Shown here: positions 1 through 9,992 of the stretch, in pieces
How positions within the stretch are numbered: the stretch's first letter is position 1
Layout: every line of letters begins with the position of its first letter
Source of the DNA: a virus
DNA length: 64,000 nucleotides
IMG/VR virus record: IMGVR_UViG_3300009124_000002
Location: 1-64,000 of that record
Reading direction: 5' to 3' (one strand)
Made by a program: the position numbers and the translations under genes
The notes under the pieces: model-generated
Databases searched by the model: none
What the model saw: only the letters and a program-made list of their open reading frames with translations
Told to the model about the DNA's origin: nothing

Positions 1-251
1 GTAATGGCAGTATAGGTTTGCGCGGGGAATGTGAAATACTCTTGACCTGTCTCTGATTCATCAGATGGAGTATTCTCCAGTTGATCAGGCGCTGATTGAA
101 TACCATCTTGAGGTATCGTTGAATGGGTTCTGATGCGCTGAAGGTAAGTTCCTTTGGCGTCAATCCGAGATTGTTGGGCGGCGGCAATTGCGTCCCAATA
201 GGAATCAATTGCGGCTTTTACGGTTGCGCGTGTTTCTTCAAGAGTTGGCAT
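1..251 (-). CDS. hypothetical protein, truncated at window edge (MPTLEETRATVKAAIDSYWDAIAARQQ...)
   Basis: ATG at 251 lies 11 nt after the upstream stop; the frame stays open to position 1; absent from the ORF track because it has no stop. Confidence 0.65.
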   Translation of the reverse strand, partial: MPTLEETRATVKAAIDSYWDAIAAAQQSRIDAKGTYLQRIRTHSTIPQDGIQSAPDQLENTPSDESETGQEYFTFPAQTYTAI

Positions 252-262
252 ATTAGTATTTA

Positions 263-1723
263 TTAAAACTGATCGTAGAAGGGATCGTCTTTGTTGGCTA
301 GGGCGGTGATTTCGGCGTCGGAGAGGACGCGGGACCATAGTCCAGCCGCTTCTATCAAGCCATCCATCTCAGTATACGCCCCACTTGTCCCCGGTGAACT
401 AAAAAACGCCCCGATGGTAAACGGAGCAGATGAAGAGGTATTTCTTGGCGAAGATGTGACGCTTGTGCTATCTGCGGTCCCCCCGTTGACTCTGATTGTT
501 ATCTCAGAATTGTTGCATGTTACGCATACATGATTCCAGACCCCAGCAGACACGGACCCGAAGTTGTCAGCTTGAACGAGATCATAGATACCCGAAGAAT
601 CGTAAAAAACATAAAAGTTGAACCGATCAAATCCGGATTCATAGTCTAACGTCCACTCTCTTGTAGTGCCGGAGTTGTAAACATCTTTTGAAGCGATGAT
701 AGATTGTGCCCTTTTGGACTCAAGTTTTACCCAACAGGAAAACGTGAAATTTGCCGGACGTAATCCAGCATTGTCAGCGACTGTCAGATACTCATCATTC
801 GTTACCTCAAAATCAGCCGCATTCGCATAGACCGTTCCGGTTCCCTGCCCCACGGTGTTATTGTCTGTCAGATCGTTAGAGCCAAAGGCGTCATACCTTA
901 TGCCGCTCGACTCGTCCAGCTTCCAGAAACTGACCAACGACTCTTTGGATACAACTGTGAATTGATCGTAGAACGGGTTGGAGGAATCAGCTAGTGCGGT
1001 GATCTCGGCGTCGGAGAGGCGACGATTAAAAAGCATCGCTGGTCCAAGAACACCATCCAATGAATATTGTGCCTCAGTTCCACCTGACACAAATCGATCA
1101 CCAATCCCAAAATTACCGGAACCCGTCTGAGGTGTATTTGTAAATGATGCAGTTGCCGCCGTGCCGCCGTCAATACTGATGCCGATTTCCTGTGCCGTTG
1201 TGTCATGATAAGCACAAAGAAAATACCAAACACCAGTCGTTAAAGTGGATGAATTTTCAGCTGTAACATTATCTGTTGACCCAGTCCCATACTGCCGCAA
1301 AAACCGAACCTTTGAGTATTGGACATAAAAAGTATATTCCCTGTCTGGAGACGATGTCGGATAACCTGTGTAATCATCCTTTGTGACTAGCATCGCTATA
1401 TTATACTGTGAGGCAAAAGACTCAAATTTAACCCAACAGCAAACTGTCATATCACCAGTCGGAGACAAAGATGAGTTGTGAGCGGAACTTAAATATTCAT
1501 TGTTTGAACCCTCAAAATCAGCCGCATTCGCATAGACCGTCCCCGTTCCCTGCCCCACCGTGTTGTTATCAGTAAGGTCGTTGGAACCAAAGAAGTCGTA
1601 ACGTATACCGGAACTCTCATCCAGTTTCCAGAAGGAGACTAGGTCCGTCGTGGAGACGGTGGAACCCCCACCGCCATGCCCGCTATGGTTCTTCCTTCTG
1701 TTATGGAAAAGAAACACTCCCAT
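263..1723 (-). CDS. tandem LamG/concanavalin-A-like domain virion protein (putative receptor-binding)
   Basis: Two ~235-aa domains, each LVSFWKLDESSG...T.S/CCWVK...GVW.....F.IG...DG.....R.LSDAEITALA, a typical LamG signature; follows the tail fibre gene. Confidence 0.8.
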   Translation of the reverse strand: MGVFLFHNRRKNHSGHGGGGSTVSTTDLVSFWKLDESSGIRYDFFGSNDLTDNNTVGQGTGTVYANAADFEGSNNEYLSSAHNSSLSPTGDMTVCCWVKFESFASQYNIAMLVTKDDYTGYPTSSPDREYTFYVQYSKVRFLRQYGTGSTDNVTAENSSTLTTGVWYFLCAYHDTTAQEIGISIDGGTAATASFTNTPQTGSGNFGIGDRFVSGGTEAQYSLDGVLGPAMLFNRRLSDAEITALADSSNPFYDQFTVVSKESLVSFWKLDESSGIRYDAFGSNDLTDNNTVGQGTGTVYANAADFEVTNDEYLTVADNAGLRPANFTFSCWVKLESKRAQSIIASKDVYNSGTTREWTLDYESGFDRFNFYVFYDSSGIYDLVQADNFGSVSAGVWNHVCVTCNNSEITIRVNGGTADSTSVTSSPRNTSSSAPFTIGAFFSSPGTSGAYTEMDGLIEAAGLWSRVLSDAEITALANKDDPFYDQF

Positions 1724-1724
1724 A

Positions 1725-4700
1725 TTACCATCCAGATGCAGAAGTTTTCGTGTATTCGATCATAACCCCAATAAGCTGGGCGTCAGCCGCGAGTGTGTCT
1801 ATGGCAACATCCCGAGTGATCTCAAAATAAACAGGCTCTCCCGCAACCGCGTTTGAGACGGTTAAAGCCTCAGTTGCTCCTGTGGTGTGCATATCATCCG
1901 CAAGAAGGAAGGTGTCAGTAATCCCAGCCACATCCTCCTGCGAATCAGACCCAACCCCTTGATCGATCTGGGAGTCGTTCTCCATTGTCTGTCCTGCAAT
2001 GTTCCAACTCACCGTCCCAGACCCACTTTGAGCGGTCCAGTAGAACTTAACCTTTACGGTGCCTTCATTCCATTTCTGACCAAAATTAGTCCAAAAAGCA
2101 CAACCTTCTTCTGTTGAGGCATCAAAGTCCAGCGTATCCTTCATGACCCCATTAACACTCCCTTGGGTGGTTCCCGCTGCTGCGCCATTGGTGGTATATG
2201 GAATCATTGCCGCAGCCCCAATCCACTGATAGTCTAGGTCATCCGGTCCAGAGCTAATCACCGCACCCCGGTAGGTTATGAAGATGCCAGAGGTTGTGCT
2301 AGTTGCAAGCAAAACCGGCTTTGTGACTTCGCCTGAAGTTGAGGGTTCCGTGGAAGTGAGACTTCCTGCTGTGGATGGGTCAAGGAAATACATAGTATTC
2401 GCGGATAGTCCGCTCAACCCATCAACACGACCGGAATATGTTATCGTGAAATCATCTGCTCCAGAGGTGGCAGAGACAATACCAACAACCTCGGAGTTTG
2501 CGGCAGAGTCAGCCTGAGCCTTTGCATAAGATCCACTGGCAAACTTCAGGAGATCGCCTACAGCGAAACCATGAGAAGCCTGAGTGATATCTTCTGTATT
2601 CGCAGAGGATGACCCACCACCACCAGAACCACTCTGGGCTTCCATCTCAAATCGATTGTTTGCCGCATTGTAGGCAATGACATCATTGTCTGTGGTTGAG
2701 AGACCAGAAGACAGGATGGCAGGAATCACAAACTCATTGGTTCCATCGTGATACTTCAGGAGAGCAGTATGATCTGTGGTTGATGTATCAAGAGCAATCT
2801 GACCAGCAACAGAAAGAGAAGGTGCAGCACCATTGGGAATCTCAAGGGTGGCTCCACCGAAATCATGAGTTCCAGTATAAGTGTCACCATCTGTCAGTGC
2901 AACATTTGAGGCAACAATGGAGGAATCAACTGCATCACCATCTGCATTCCATGAAACCAGATTACCGTTTGTTCCTGCTGTGCCAGTTACTAGAGTTGTG
3001 TCAGAGCCAGTCTTGGAACCTGAAGCAATATCAGCAGTCTCTACGTTAGAGAGAGAATTTCCAGTTCCATTGGCATCAAAGGTCTTATTAGTAAGAGTAT
3101 CTGTAGATGACGCCGTGATAGCACTAATACCAGCAGCAGTCGGTGGTGTATAGGTAAAGACACCAGTGGTATTATCGTAAGATATTGCACCATCACCAGA
3201 TGCAGAAGCTTCAGCACCAACACTCAGGTCAGTAAGGGCAATACCACCACCACCGCTGGCAGTTACCCAAGAAAGTGTTCCAGAACCATTGGTAGACAAA
3301 ACCTGACCACTAGAACCATCAGCATTAGGGAGAGTCCATGTAACATCAGACGCAATTGAGGATGGTGCAGTGAAGGCAACATAATTTGTCCCTGCTCCAG
3401 TTTCTACAAAGTAATTTGTGGTTTGATAAAAAGCCTTCCAACGATTGCTCGCAGTTCCCAAATTCTGAACACCATCTCCATCAGGTCGAACATCACCATA
3501 TGTTCCTCCTCCGACATCTGCCTCTGGTGCCAAAATGATGTCACCAGCACTACCACTTGATGAAACCGATCCAGTCCGAAGGGTAATCGACCCGGAGCCA
3601 GTAGCACTTCCTCCACTATTGATTTCAACTGAACCGGAATTCCCCGTGGTACTCGCTCCTGACACCAAGGTAACATTTCCAGTATTCCCACCCGCACTGT
3701 CCCCGGCATCGCCCGATCCCAGAGATAAAGCCCCACCAGTTGCTCCATCAGTGTTTCCCGAATCAACACCAGCCGAGGTGATGGTCAGGGCGGTCCCTGT
3801 TCCTACTCCAGTGATATCAGAGTAAAATAACTTCTTGTTAGTCTCACTGTAGATGAGTGACTCAAGGTTGATGTCCCCAGACCCCTTTGTCTGAAGGTTG
3901 AGATCCACGTTGGTATCTGTTCCGGTTGAACGGATAATAGGTCCACCACCAGTGGCTTGGTTTTCAATATTGATATGGTTTACAGCAGAACCATCTTCAG
4001 TAAAGGTAAGAAGCTCCCTTGTTCCATCACCAATAGCGTTACCATTGACATCCAACTGTCCACCTAATTGTGGTTCAGTATCTCCAAGAACATTCGAAAG
4101 AATACCGGCTTCTGCCAAGGTATTATTAATCCAAGCAGTTCCAGACCATTTTAGGATTTCACCAGAAGCAATTGATGTGATGGTTACATCTGCAAGGGAT
4201 GAAATGCTCTCCGCATCGATGTTAGTGAGGTATCCTTCCAAACTATGATCACCCCAACCAAAAGCAGTGTCCCAATCGGAGGAATTATCAGTGATTGCAG
4301 AGGTTGCTCCACCAGAGATTTTAATGAGACCTGAATATGCTCTTACATCTGCCTCCAGACCACCCTGTTCGTGAGTTGCGGTGCCACTGATATCAGAGAA
4401 AGATGCAGTCACCGCACCTGTTCTACCAAAGACACTTGATACACTCTCTGTATTGTCAACCTTATCCCATGTAGTTCCATTGGAGATAATCCAATCACCA
4501 ACCTTCCAGTCAGTCTCACCATCAATTGAAGTAGAACCAGCAACAGACACCTTGTAGTAATAACCCTTATTACTACTTGAAGCAGTAGGAATTGTAGGTG
4601 AGTTTGTAGAGGCATTCCATGTCCCCTGATAGTTCACTCCACCCACAAATGCAGAAACAGCATATCCAGAATCGACTGCATCACCATCTGCATTCCAAGT

Positions 4701-6170
4701 GACAACATTACCATTCGTACCAGCAGTTCCAGTGATTAGGGTTGTGTCAGAACCACTCTTAGAACCTGAAGCAATATCAGCAGTCTCTACATTTGATAGA
4801 CTGTTTCCAGTTCCATTGGCATCAAAAGTCTTGTTAGTAAGGGTATCTGTAGATGATGCAGTGATATAAGAACCAAGGTCACTGATTTGAGATTCAGTAA
4901 TACTTAATGCTGCTTGATGTTGTGTAACATTTGATTGGGCAATTCTAGCATCAGCAAAGGTCCCACTTGTAATATCACTTGTAGAATGTGTGTGACCTGT
5001 AGCAGCAATACCAGCTTCTACGGCAGTCTGATTAATCCAGTTACCTGAAGCAGAATCATATGCCAAAATCTCATTATCAGCAGGAGTTCCAGAAATCAGA
5101 ACGTCATGCAGTTCATTCAAATGATAACCATGCTCTGCACGAACAAAAAGAGTTAAGTTCGTCTCCGCAGCTACTTTGAGGACAATTGCAATTGGCATTC
5201 GACGGTTTGGAGCAGTTGGAATCACTGAGGTAAGTGTGCCAGCAATATTAGCTGAAGCATAAAGAATATCACCAACGCTCCATGACTCTGTGTCTGCATT
5301 ATCACGAATACCACCAGAGGCATATGTTGTTCCATCGACTCCACGAACCTTACCAAAGGTGGTTACAAATCCAATATCGTTTGTGGAAAGTGTTTCTGTG
5401 GCAATACCAAGAAAACGAAGTTCATCAATACCACTACCAGAATTAGCAGAGAATGGAGTTCCCTCAAGATTGTCAGAACCACCAGTGACACCAGAGACAT
5501 AGACTGCCATACCATTACGGATGGCAGTTGTCGCCTTGATTCTTGCCACTTGTTCTTGACCAATCTGAAGAGTGACATTTGTATCCAGACCAAGATCAAG
5601 TGTCAGGTCTTCACTGTTCCATGCAAGCTGACCAACAGCAGCAGTCTCAGCAGCAGTCAGGTCAAATTGAAGGGCATCAAGTGTAGGTGCATCTGTATTT
5701 ACAAAGGCTGAACCATTCCATCTCAGGATATCATTAGTGGCAGCAGATGTCAGAGTAACATCACTTAGGTCATCAATAGAACCATTGAGACCAGCAAGTG
5801 TTGGAGGAGTATAGGTAAAGACACCTGTAGAATTGTTATAGGAGATTGCTCCATCACCAGATGCAGTAGCTTCACTACCAACACTCAAGTGAGCCCGGAC
5901 CTCTGCGGCACTTGGTCCTGTATATGTGAATACACCAGTGGAGCTATCATAACTCAAGGATCCATCACCACCAGAATCTGTAACAGAGATGTCGGTCAGC
6001 TTGATGTAACCAGCAGTATCCAATCCAGATTTGATCTGAGTGAATGTCAGCTTCTTGTTACTTCCATCGCTTTTCTCTGAGGTATCAGATACATCTGTGA
6101 TCAGAAAAAGATCTCCATCTGCAAGGGCATCAGTCTGAGCGGCAACTTGAGTTAAATATTTCTCAGGCAT
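1725..6170 (-). CDS. long tail fibre / structural fibre protein
   Basis: 1481 aa, Gly/Ser/Thr-rich, with fibre repeats (GVFTYTPP, L.DV.I....DIL.W.G..W.N, LPNADGSSGQVLSTNGSGTLSW, YQGTWNASTNSP). Confidence 0.85.
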   Translation of the reverse strand: MPEKYLTQVAAQTDALADGDLFLITDVSDTSEKSDGSNKKLTFTQIKSGLDTAGYIKLTDISVTDSGGDGSLSYDSSTGVFTYTGPSAAEVRAHLSVGSEATASGDGAISYNNSTGVFTYTPPTLAGLNGSIDDLSDVTLTSAATNDILRWNGSAFVNTDAPTLDALQFDLTAAETAAVGQLAWNSEDLTLDLGLDTNVTLQIGQEQVARIKATTAIRNGMAVYVSGVTGGSDNLEGTPFSANSGSGIDELRFLGIATETLSTNDIGFVTTFGKVRGVDGTTYASGGIRDNADTESWSVGDILYASANIAGTLTSVIPTAPNRRMPIAIVLKVAAETNLTLFVRAEHGYHLNELHDVLISGTPADNEILAYDSASGNWINQTAVEAGIAATGHTHSTSDITSGTFADARIAQSNVTQHQAALSITESQISDLGSYITASSTDTLTNKTFDANGTGNSLSNVETADIASGSKSGSDTTLITGTAGTNGNVVTWNADGDAVDSGYAVSAFVGGVNYQGTWNASTNSPTIPTASSSNKGYYYKVSVAGSTSIDGETDWKVGDWIISNGTTWDKVDNTESVSSVFGRTGAVTASFSDISGTATHEQGGLEADVRAYSGLIKISGGATSAITDNSSDWDTAFGWGDHSLEGYLTNIDAESISSLADVTITSIASGEILKWSGTAWINNTLAEAGILSNVLGDTEPQLGGQLDVNGNAIGDGTRELLTFTEDGSAVNHINIENQATGGGPIIRSTGTDTNVDLNLQTKGSGDINLESLIYSETNKKLFYSDITGVGTGTALTITSAGVDSGNTDGATGGALSLGSGDAGDSAGGNTGNVTLVSGASTTGNSGSVEINSGGSATGSGSITLRTGSVSSSGSAGDIILAPEADVGGGTYGDVRPDGDGVQNLGTASNRWKAFYQTTNYFVETGAGTNYVAFTAPSSIASDVTWTLPNADGSSGQVLSTNGSGTLSWVTASGGGGIALTDLSVGAEASASGDGAISYDNTTGVFTYTPPTAAGISAITASSTDTLTNKTFDANGTGNSLSNVETADIASGSKTGSDTTLVTGTAGTNGNLVSWNADGDAVDSSIVASNVALTDGDTYTGTHDFGGATLEIPNGAAPSLSVAGQIALDTSTTDHTALLKYHDGTNEFVIPAILSSGLSTTDNDVIAYNAANNRFEMEAQSGSGGGGSSSANTEDITQASHGFAVGDLLKFASGSYAKAQADSAANSEVVGIVSATSGADDFTITYSGRVDGLSGLSANTMYFLDPSTAGSLTSTEPSTSGEVTKPVLLATSTTSGIFITYRGAVISSGPDDLDYQWIGAAAMIPYTTNGAAAGTTQGSVNGVMKDTLDFDASTEEGCAFWTNFGQKWNEGTVKVKFYWTAQSGSGTVSWNIAGQTMENDSQIDQGVGSDSQEDVAGITDTFLLADDMHTTGATEALTVSNAVAGEPVYFEITRDVAIDTLAADAQLIGVMIEYTKTSASGW

Positions 6171-6175
6171 AATTT

Positions 6176-6508
6176 TTAGCGAGTTACATTTGGTGAAACA
6201 ACAACATTACCCTGAACGATTCGATACGTGGTCCCATCAGAGTCAGTTGCTTCGATGTCATACACATATCTTCTTGAGGTCAATGCGGATGTCTGGGTAT
6301 TAGTAAGAGAAATCTCAAGGACATTTGAAAGTTGAGAATCAGTGTTAATATCAAAGGTGGCAGCAACAGTTGAATTACCTACTGTTTTACGAATCTGTCC
6401 GCTGAAGGTGTAGGTAGACAAGTCAAAGTCTACATTATCTTTCTTAACAGTGACTTCAGCAGTATAAACCGCACCCTGATCGATGTAAATGTCTTCGTGG
6501 CTTGCCAT
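6176..6508 (-). CDS. small Ig-like virion structural protein (BppU N-terminal-like; common in T4-like marine phages)
   Basis: IDQGA.Y...DLSTYTFSGQIRK...ISLTNTQTSAL..RYVYDIE...RIVQG.V.VSPNVTR pattern. Confidence 0.7.
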   Translation of the reverse strand: MASHEDIYIDQGAVYTAEVTVKKDNVDFDLSTYTFSGQIRKTVGNSTVAATFDINTDSQLSNVLEISLTNTQTSALTSRRYVYDIEATDSDGTTYRIVQGNVVVSPNVTR

Positions 6509-6509
6509 A

Positions 6510-7067
6510 TTACTTTAGGTTATTTATGATTCTGAATCCGACACTAATACGATGAGTCCTTGAATACACCGAATGCCAGAACAAATTGTCTTTCTCGTTA
6601 TTTATATGAAAGTGACGTATGTTCCAGCCGGGAAAGTCCATGTCCACAACAGTCTTCTTGGTCTCTTGGTCATAATACTTGAAGTATGAATCTCCATTTT
6701 GAGAATAGTTTAGGTAGCACCTGAGATATGGAGTATCTGCATTAGTGTGCCATCTCATACCTTCTCCCGGTGGATAGTAGAAGAAACCAGAACGAGATAT
6801 TGAGCATTTTGGAAATCGCCCCATCAACATTTTTGTAATGTAGATTTGATCCTTTATTAAATATGATTCCTCGATATCAAATGGTTGCCCTTTTCCAAAG
6901 TTTTGGTCAACATCAACTCCACTTTCCATTGCCAGTGAAAGTGAATCGTCTGAGGTATAGAATCCTTCTTCTTTCTTGGGGTAGTTAATATCAAGGTCTT
7001 TCCATTCATACAAGAGACGATTTGCCATCTCGTCTAGATATTCATCTTCAAATCTCTGATGAATCAT
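6510..7067 (-). CDS. 2OG-Fe(II) oxygenase-like (DSBH) protein
   Basis: YYPPGEGMRWHTN...FWHSV...RISVGF: spacing of the two His and the Arg fits 2OG oxygenases (HxN instead of HxD). Confidence 0.55.
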   Translation of the reverse strand: MIHQRFEDEYLDEMANRLLYEWKDLDINYPKKEEGFYTSDDSLSLAMESGVDVDQNFGKGQPFDIEESYLIKDQIYITKMLMGRFPKCSISRSGFFYYPPGEGMRWHTNADTPYLRCYLNYSQNGDSYFKYYDQETKKTVVDMDFPGWNIRHFHINNEKDNLFWHSVYSRTHRISVGFRIINNLK

Positions 7068-7498
7068 AGAACCTCCTTATACATTGTTAATGCAGGAGGA
7101 TCGACATGACCAATGTCAACAGGAACTTTTACAGAAGTAAAATCTACGGTCTCTGGTAGGTCTCTAAGCTGCTGCTTGTATTTTTCGATATTATGAAGAC
7201 GTTCTTGATTTGTGATATACCTCAAGCAAGCTTTATCGAGTTCCTCCAGTGCCTCATTTCTTCTATACCTAAGAATATCAAGTGCTTCTTTCCGCACCTT
7301 TGATTCATCATATGATATCTCACCGTCCTCAATATTCATAAATTTCAATTCACCGGAGTCTGGGACATCTTTAGGGGAATCAAATGAAATAGCCTTGCCG
7401 CATCTAAGACAGTCCAAGGCTTGTTGAGATGGATTCTTGAGGTAAATTTCCAGTCTTACATCCTCACCAGATTGATATAGCACATAACCATTTTGCAT
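7064..7498 (-). CDS. tail fibre assembly chaperone-like protein
   Basis: C-terminal LR..RN..L..LD...YKQQLRDLP motif typical of phage tail-fibre assembly chaperones. Confidence 0.6.
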   Translation of the reverse strand: MQNGYVLYQSGEDVRLEIYLKNPSQQALDCLRCGKAISFDSPKDVPDSGELKFMNIEDGEISYDESKVRKEALDILRYRRNEALEELDKACLRYITNQERLHNIEKYKQQLRDLPETVDFTSVKVPVDIGHVDPPALTMYKEVL

Positions 7499-7506
7499 AC
7501 TATGAT

Positions 7507-8955
7507 TTAGTAGACAACAATGCTTACTCTATTCCACGTATTGTCTGGATCAGCTAGAGCAAAAACACTTGTTCGACCACTCGTATACCAAGAGCGGTCC
7601 TTGTTGCCCTGAATTGAAGTAGTCTTCAGGCTTGATATTTCAAAACCACTTGTAGTGTAATTTTGTGTCCAGACTCCAGTCAGTTCATCTCGACAAAATA
7701 TTGTGCTATCTCCATACAGGTCCAATCCCGCATCATCAGAATGGTCTCTGCCAACAGTAAAAATGATGACATGATTATTGTGTTCTCGTTCATTTTCAAA
7801 GTTGATAGTAAGAGTCCCCTCAGAACCAAAGCTGGCAGAACTAATGTTTCTCTTTTTGCTTGGGTCAGCTAGGATAGTCCAGCTATAAGGAGACTCTTCT
7901 ATCCTCTCCATCGTGCAAAGAGCAAATGCAGCTTTTCTGTCAACAAGAAACTTTGTGATGCCATTTGTCTTTCTCCTCCATCTGTCAAAAGAATCTGCCA
8001 AAGTAACACCTGTCTCCTTGAAGTCATCATAAGGAATAAAGTCAGTAATATTTGATACTACCTGATCGGGTTCTGGTGCATTGAGGTTTGGGTCTTCAAC
8101 TTCATTTACAAGGTCTTCATCAATCTGGGGATTGGGGACAAAGAACTCAACCAAGTATCCATATCTTCCATCTCTGGTATTTGTCAGGTCACCATCATCA
8201 TCTGAGTATAGACCCGGTTGACTTCTCTCTGAACCAAGAATTACAGCAAAGTCTTCGCCTTGTCCAGAATTACTAGGTTCATTAAATGATTGTCCTGTTG
8301 AATGAAGGTCACTATTATCTGCCCAATAGATATTATTGACACCATTCTCAAGCGGACTTCCATCAATCCATTTCCATTCACCCTCTTCTTCGGTATCAGT
8401 CAACCCAACCCAGACTGTAGGGTAATCTGCGATGCCTTCTTCAACCTCAAGATAGTCTTGAACAAAATTGAGAGCTCTTCTGCCGGTGCGAAAAACAAAA
8501 GAGAAATTGAATAGTGCATCATATTCATCTTTAGATATCTCTACAACATCAGTTCCGGCATTACTCCAGAATGTATTAATATCGTTTAGTATTCTATTGC
8601 TGAACCTTCTCGATGCACCAATCCCAGCTATTTCCCTTTGGAGACCCTGAGAAGTGGTTGGGTTCAATGTTGCTGCTGCTTGAATAGCACCCGCCCATGC
8701 GTCTGGGAGAAGTGATCTATTGAACAATGCCACTGGAGATTGCAGATTCGATTGAGCTTCTCTATAAAAGAGATATCTGGTTGGTGTTTTAAATTCCTCA
8801 AGAGTAGCAATTGCGGTATTATATTTCTCCTGAGTATTCAGAACAGCAAGACGACCATTGATACCGTTGTGTGTCAAGAGTGCTGCTTCTGCTGAAGCTT
8901 GCTGATAAGTAAGCTTTTGCCCCGGTGTTTCTACTACTTGAAATCGTGCTCCCAT
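7507..8955 (-). CDS. C-type lectin domain fibre/adhesin protein
   Basis: LTYQQA...GRLAVLNT and VWVGLTDTEEEGEWKWIDG...EPSN..EDFA...GYLVEF (CTLD), plus a C-terminal module starting DSFDRWRRKTNGI. Confidence 0.7.
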   Translation of the reverse strand: MGARFQVVETPGQKLTYQQASAEAALLTHNGINGRLAVLNTQEKYNTAIATLEEFKTPTRYLFYREAQSNLQSPVALFNRSLLPDAWAGAIQAAATLNPTTSQGLQREIAGIGASRRFSNRILNDINTFWSNAGTDVVEISKDEYDALFNFSFVFRTGRRALNFVQDYLEVEEGIADYPTVWVGLTDTEEEGEWKWIDGSPLENGVNNIYWADNSDLHSTGQSFNEPSNSGQGEDFAVILGSERSQPGLYSDDDGDLTNTRDGRYGYLVEFFVPNPQIDEDLVNEVEDPNLNAPEPDQVVSNITDFIPYDDFKETGVTLADSFDRWRRKTNGITKFLVDRKAAFALCTMERIEESPYSWTILADPSKKRNISSASFGSEGTLTINFENEREHNNHVIIFTVGRDHSDDAGLDLYGDSTIFCRDELTGVWTQNYTTSGFEISSLKTTSIQGNKDRSWYTSGRTSVFALADPDNTWNRVSIVVY

Positions 8956-8959
8956 AATT

Positions 8960-9466
8960 TTAAAAGATTACAACTGAAAAATATTCAAATCCACCATCTG
9001 CACCAGAAATGCCGCTCATTGACTTCGCAGCATTGTATCTTGTATCATCACTGTTACCCCCACCACGGGGAAAACTGTTAGGGTCAGTCCAAGATACTAG
9101 AACGTCAATACCAGATGTGTCTGCGCCACGATACCCAGCAAAAAGAAGGTCTGACCTGACTGGAAATTCGCCTGCACCGTTTCTATACGCATTCACAAAC
9201 GGAATATAGTCTCTATCATATTCAGTCTCAAACGTCAAGGACCAGTAGCCAGCAGGATCGAGCGTAACAGTGCTAATGTTACTTGATTTGATTATTGAAC
9301 TATTGACATTATCATATAGAAGATATGTTGTGGCAAATGCTCTAGTAGTGCCATTGACTGCATTAATAATTCCATTCGTGCAAGCAGACCACTCCTGAAC
9401 ATCATAGTCTTTCGAAATCCCAACATTTCCAAAGCTAGTGATTGGTATTACATTTTCTGAAATCAT
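8960..9466 (-). CDS. short fibre-like structural protein, paralog of its neighbours (start revised to ATG 9466)
   Basis: ATGA overlap with upstream stop; QEWSACTNGII motif and SSNISTV...G.W.L.F strand pattern shared with flanking genes. Confidence 0.55.
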   Translation of the reverse strand: MISENVIPITSFGNVGISKDYDVQEWSACTNGIINAVNGTTRAFATTYLLYDNVNSSIIKSSNISTVTLDPAGYWSLTFETEYDRDYIPFVNAYRNGAGEFPVRSDLLFAGYRGADTSGIDVLVSWTDPNSFPRGGGNSDDTRYNAAKSMSGISGADGGFEYFSVVIF

Positions 9467-9990
9467 AGTAATCCAAATATGATAAAGGATGCAGACCTCC
9501 ATCCACCATCGGTTATTGCATAGTTCTTAGAACCTGCTCGATAGAGAAACATATTGATTGAAGTTGTTGTTGGTGTGTGAAAAACAACTGTTCCAAAATC
9601 AGTCTTATTTCTTGTGTCTCTTCCTTCGGAAGTGCTACCCCATCCGCTTGGGCTTATCGTGGAATCTCTGGAACCCAGATTTCCATAAGGCATAAAGTTT
9701 GAATCCTTTGTGGGTTTATTAAAATTAATCTTGATTCCAGTTTCAGTATCGAAGCGTATCTCCTTGACATTGAATGAATTCTCAATAGAAAATGTAGGAG
9801 TGTTACCATTAAGCGTCCATGTCACTAGACCATACGCTACTGGTGCTACTGCAAAATTCTCAATCCGATTAATGATACCATTGGTCTTCTTACGAAAGTC
9901 CTCAAAGCTATCAGTCATCTCAACACCGGAGCCATTTGAGGCTCCCATAGTGTTGAATGTATTGAATGCATATGATGGTTCAATAGGCAT
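9463..9990 (-). CDS. short fibre-like structural protein
   Basis: DSFEDFRKKTNGII N-terminal motif; SFNV..I...G..INF pattern; directly downstream of gp8. Confidence 0.55.
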   Translation of the reverse strand: MPIEPSYAFNTFNTMGASNGSGVEMTDSFEDFRKKTNGIINRIENFAVAPVAYGLVTWTLNGNTPTFSIENSFNVKEIRFDTETGIKINFNKPTKDSNFMPYGNLGSRDSTISPSGWGSTSEGRDTRNKTDFGTVVFHTPTTTSINMFLYRAGSKNYAITDGGWRSASFIIFGLL

Positions 9991-9992
9991 CT

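Noticed and set aside
7507-8955. C-type lectin as a diversity-generating retroelement target
   Set aside because: No reverse transcriptase and no template/variable repeat pair with adenine-specific differences seen in the window
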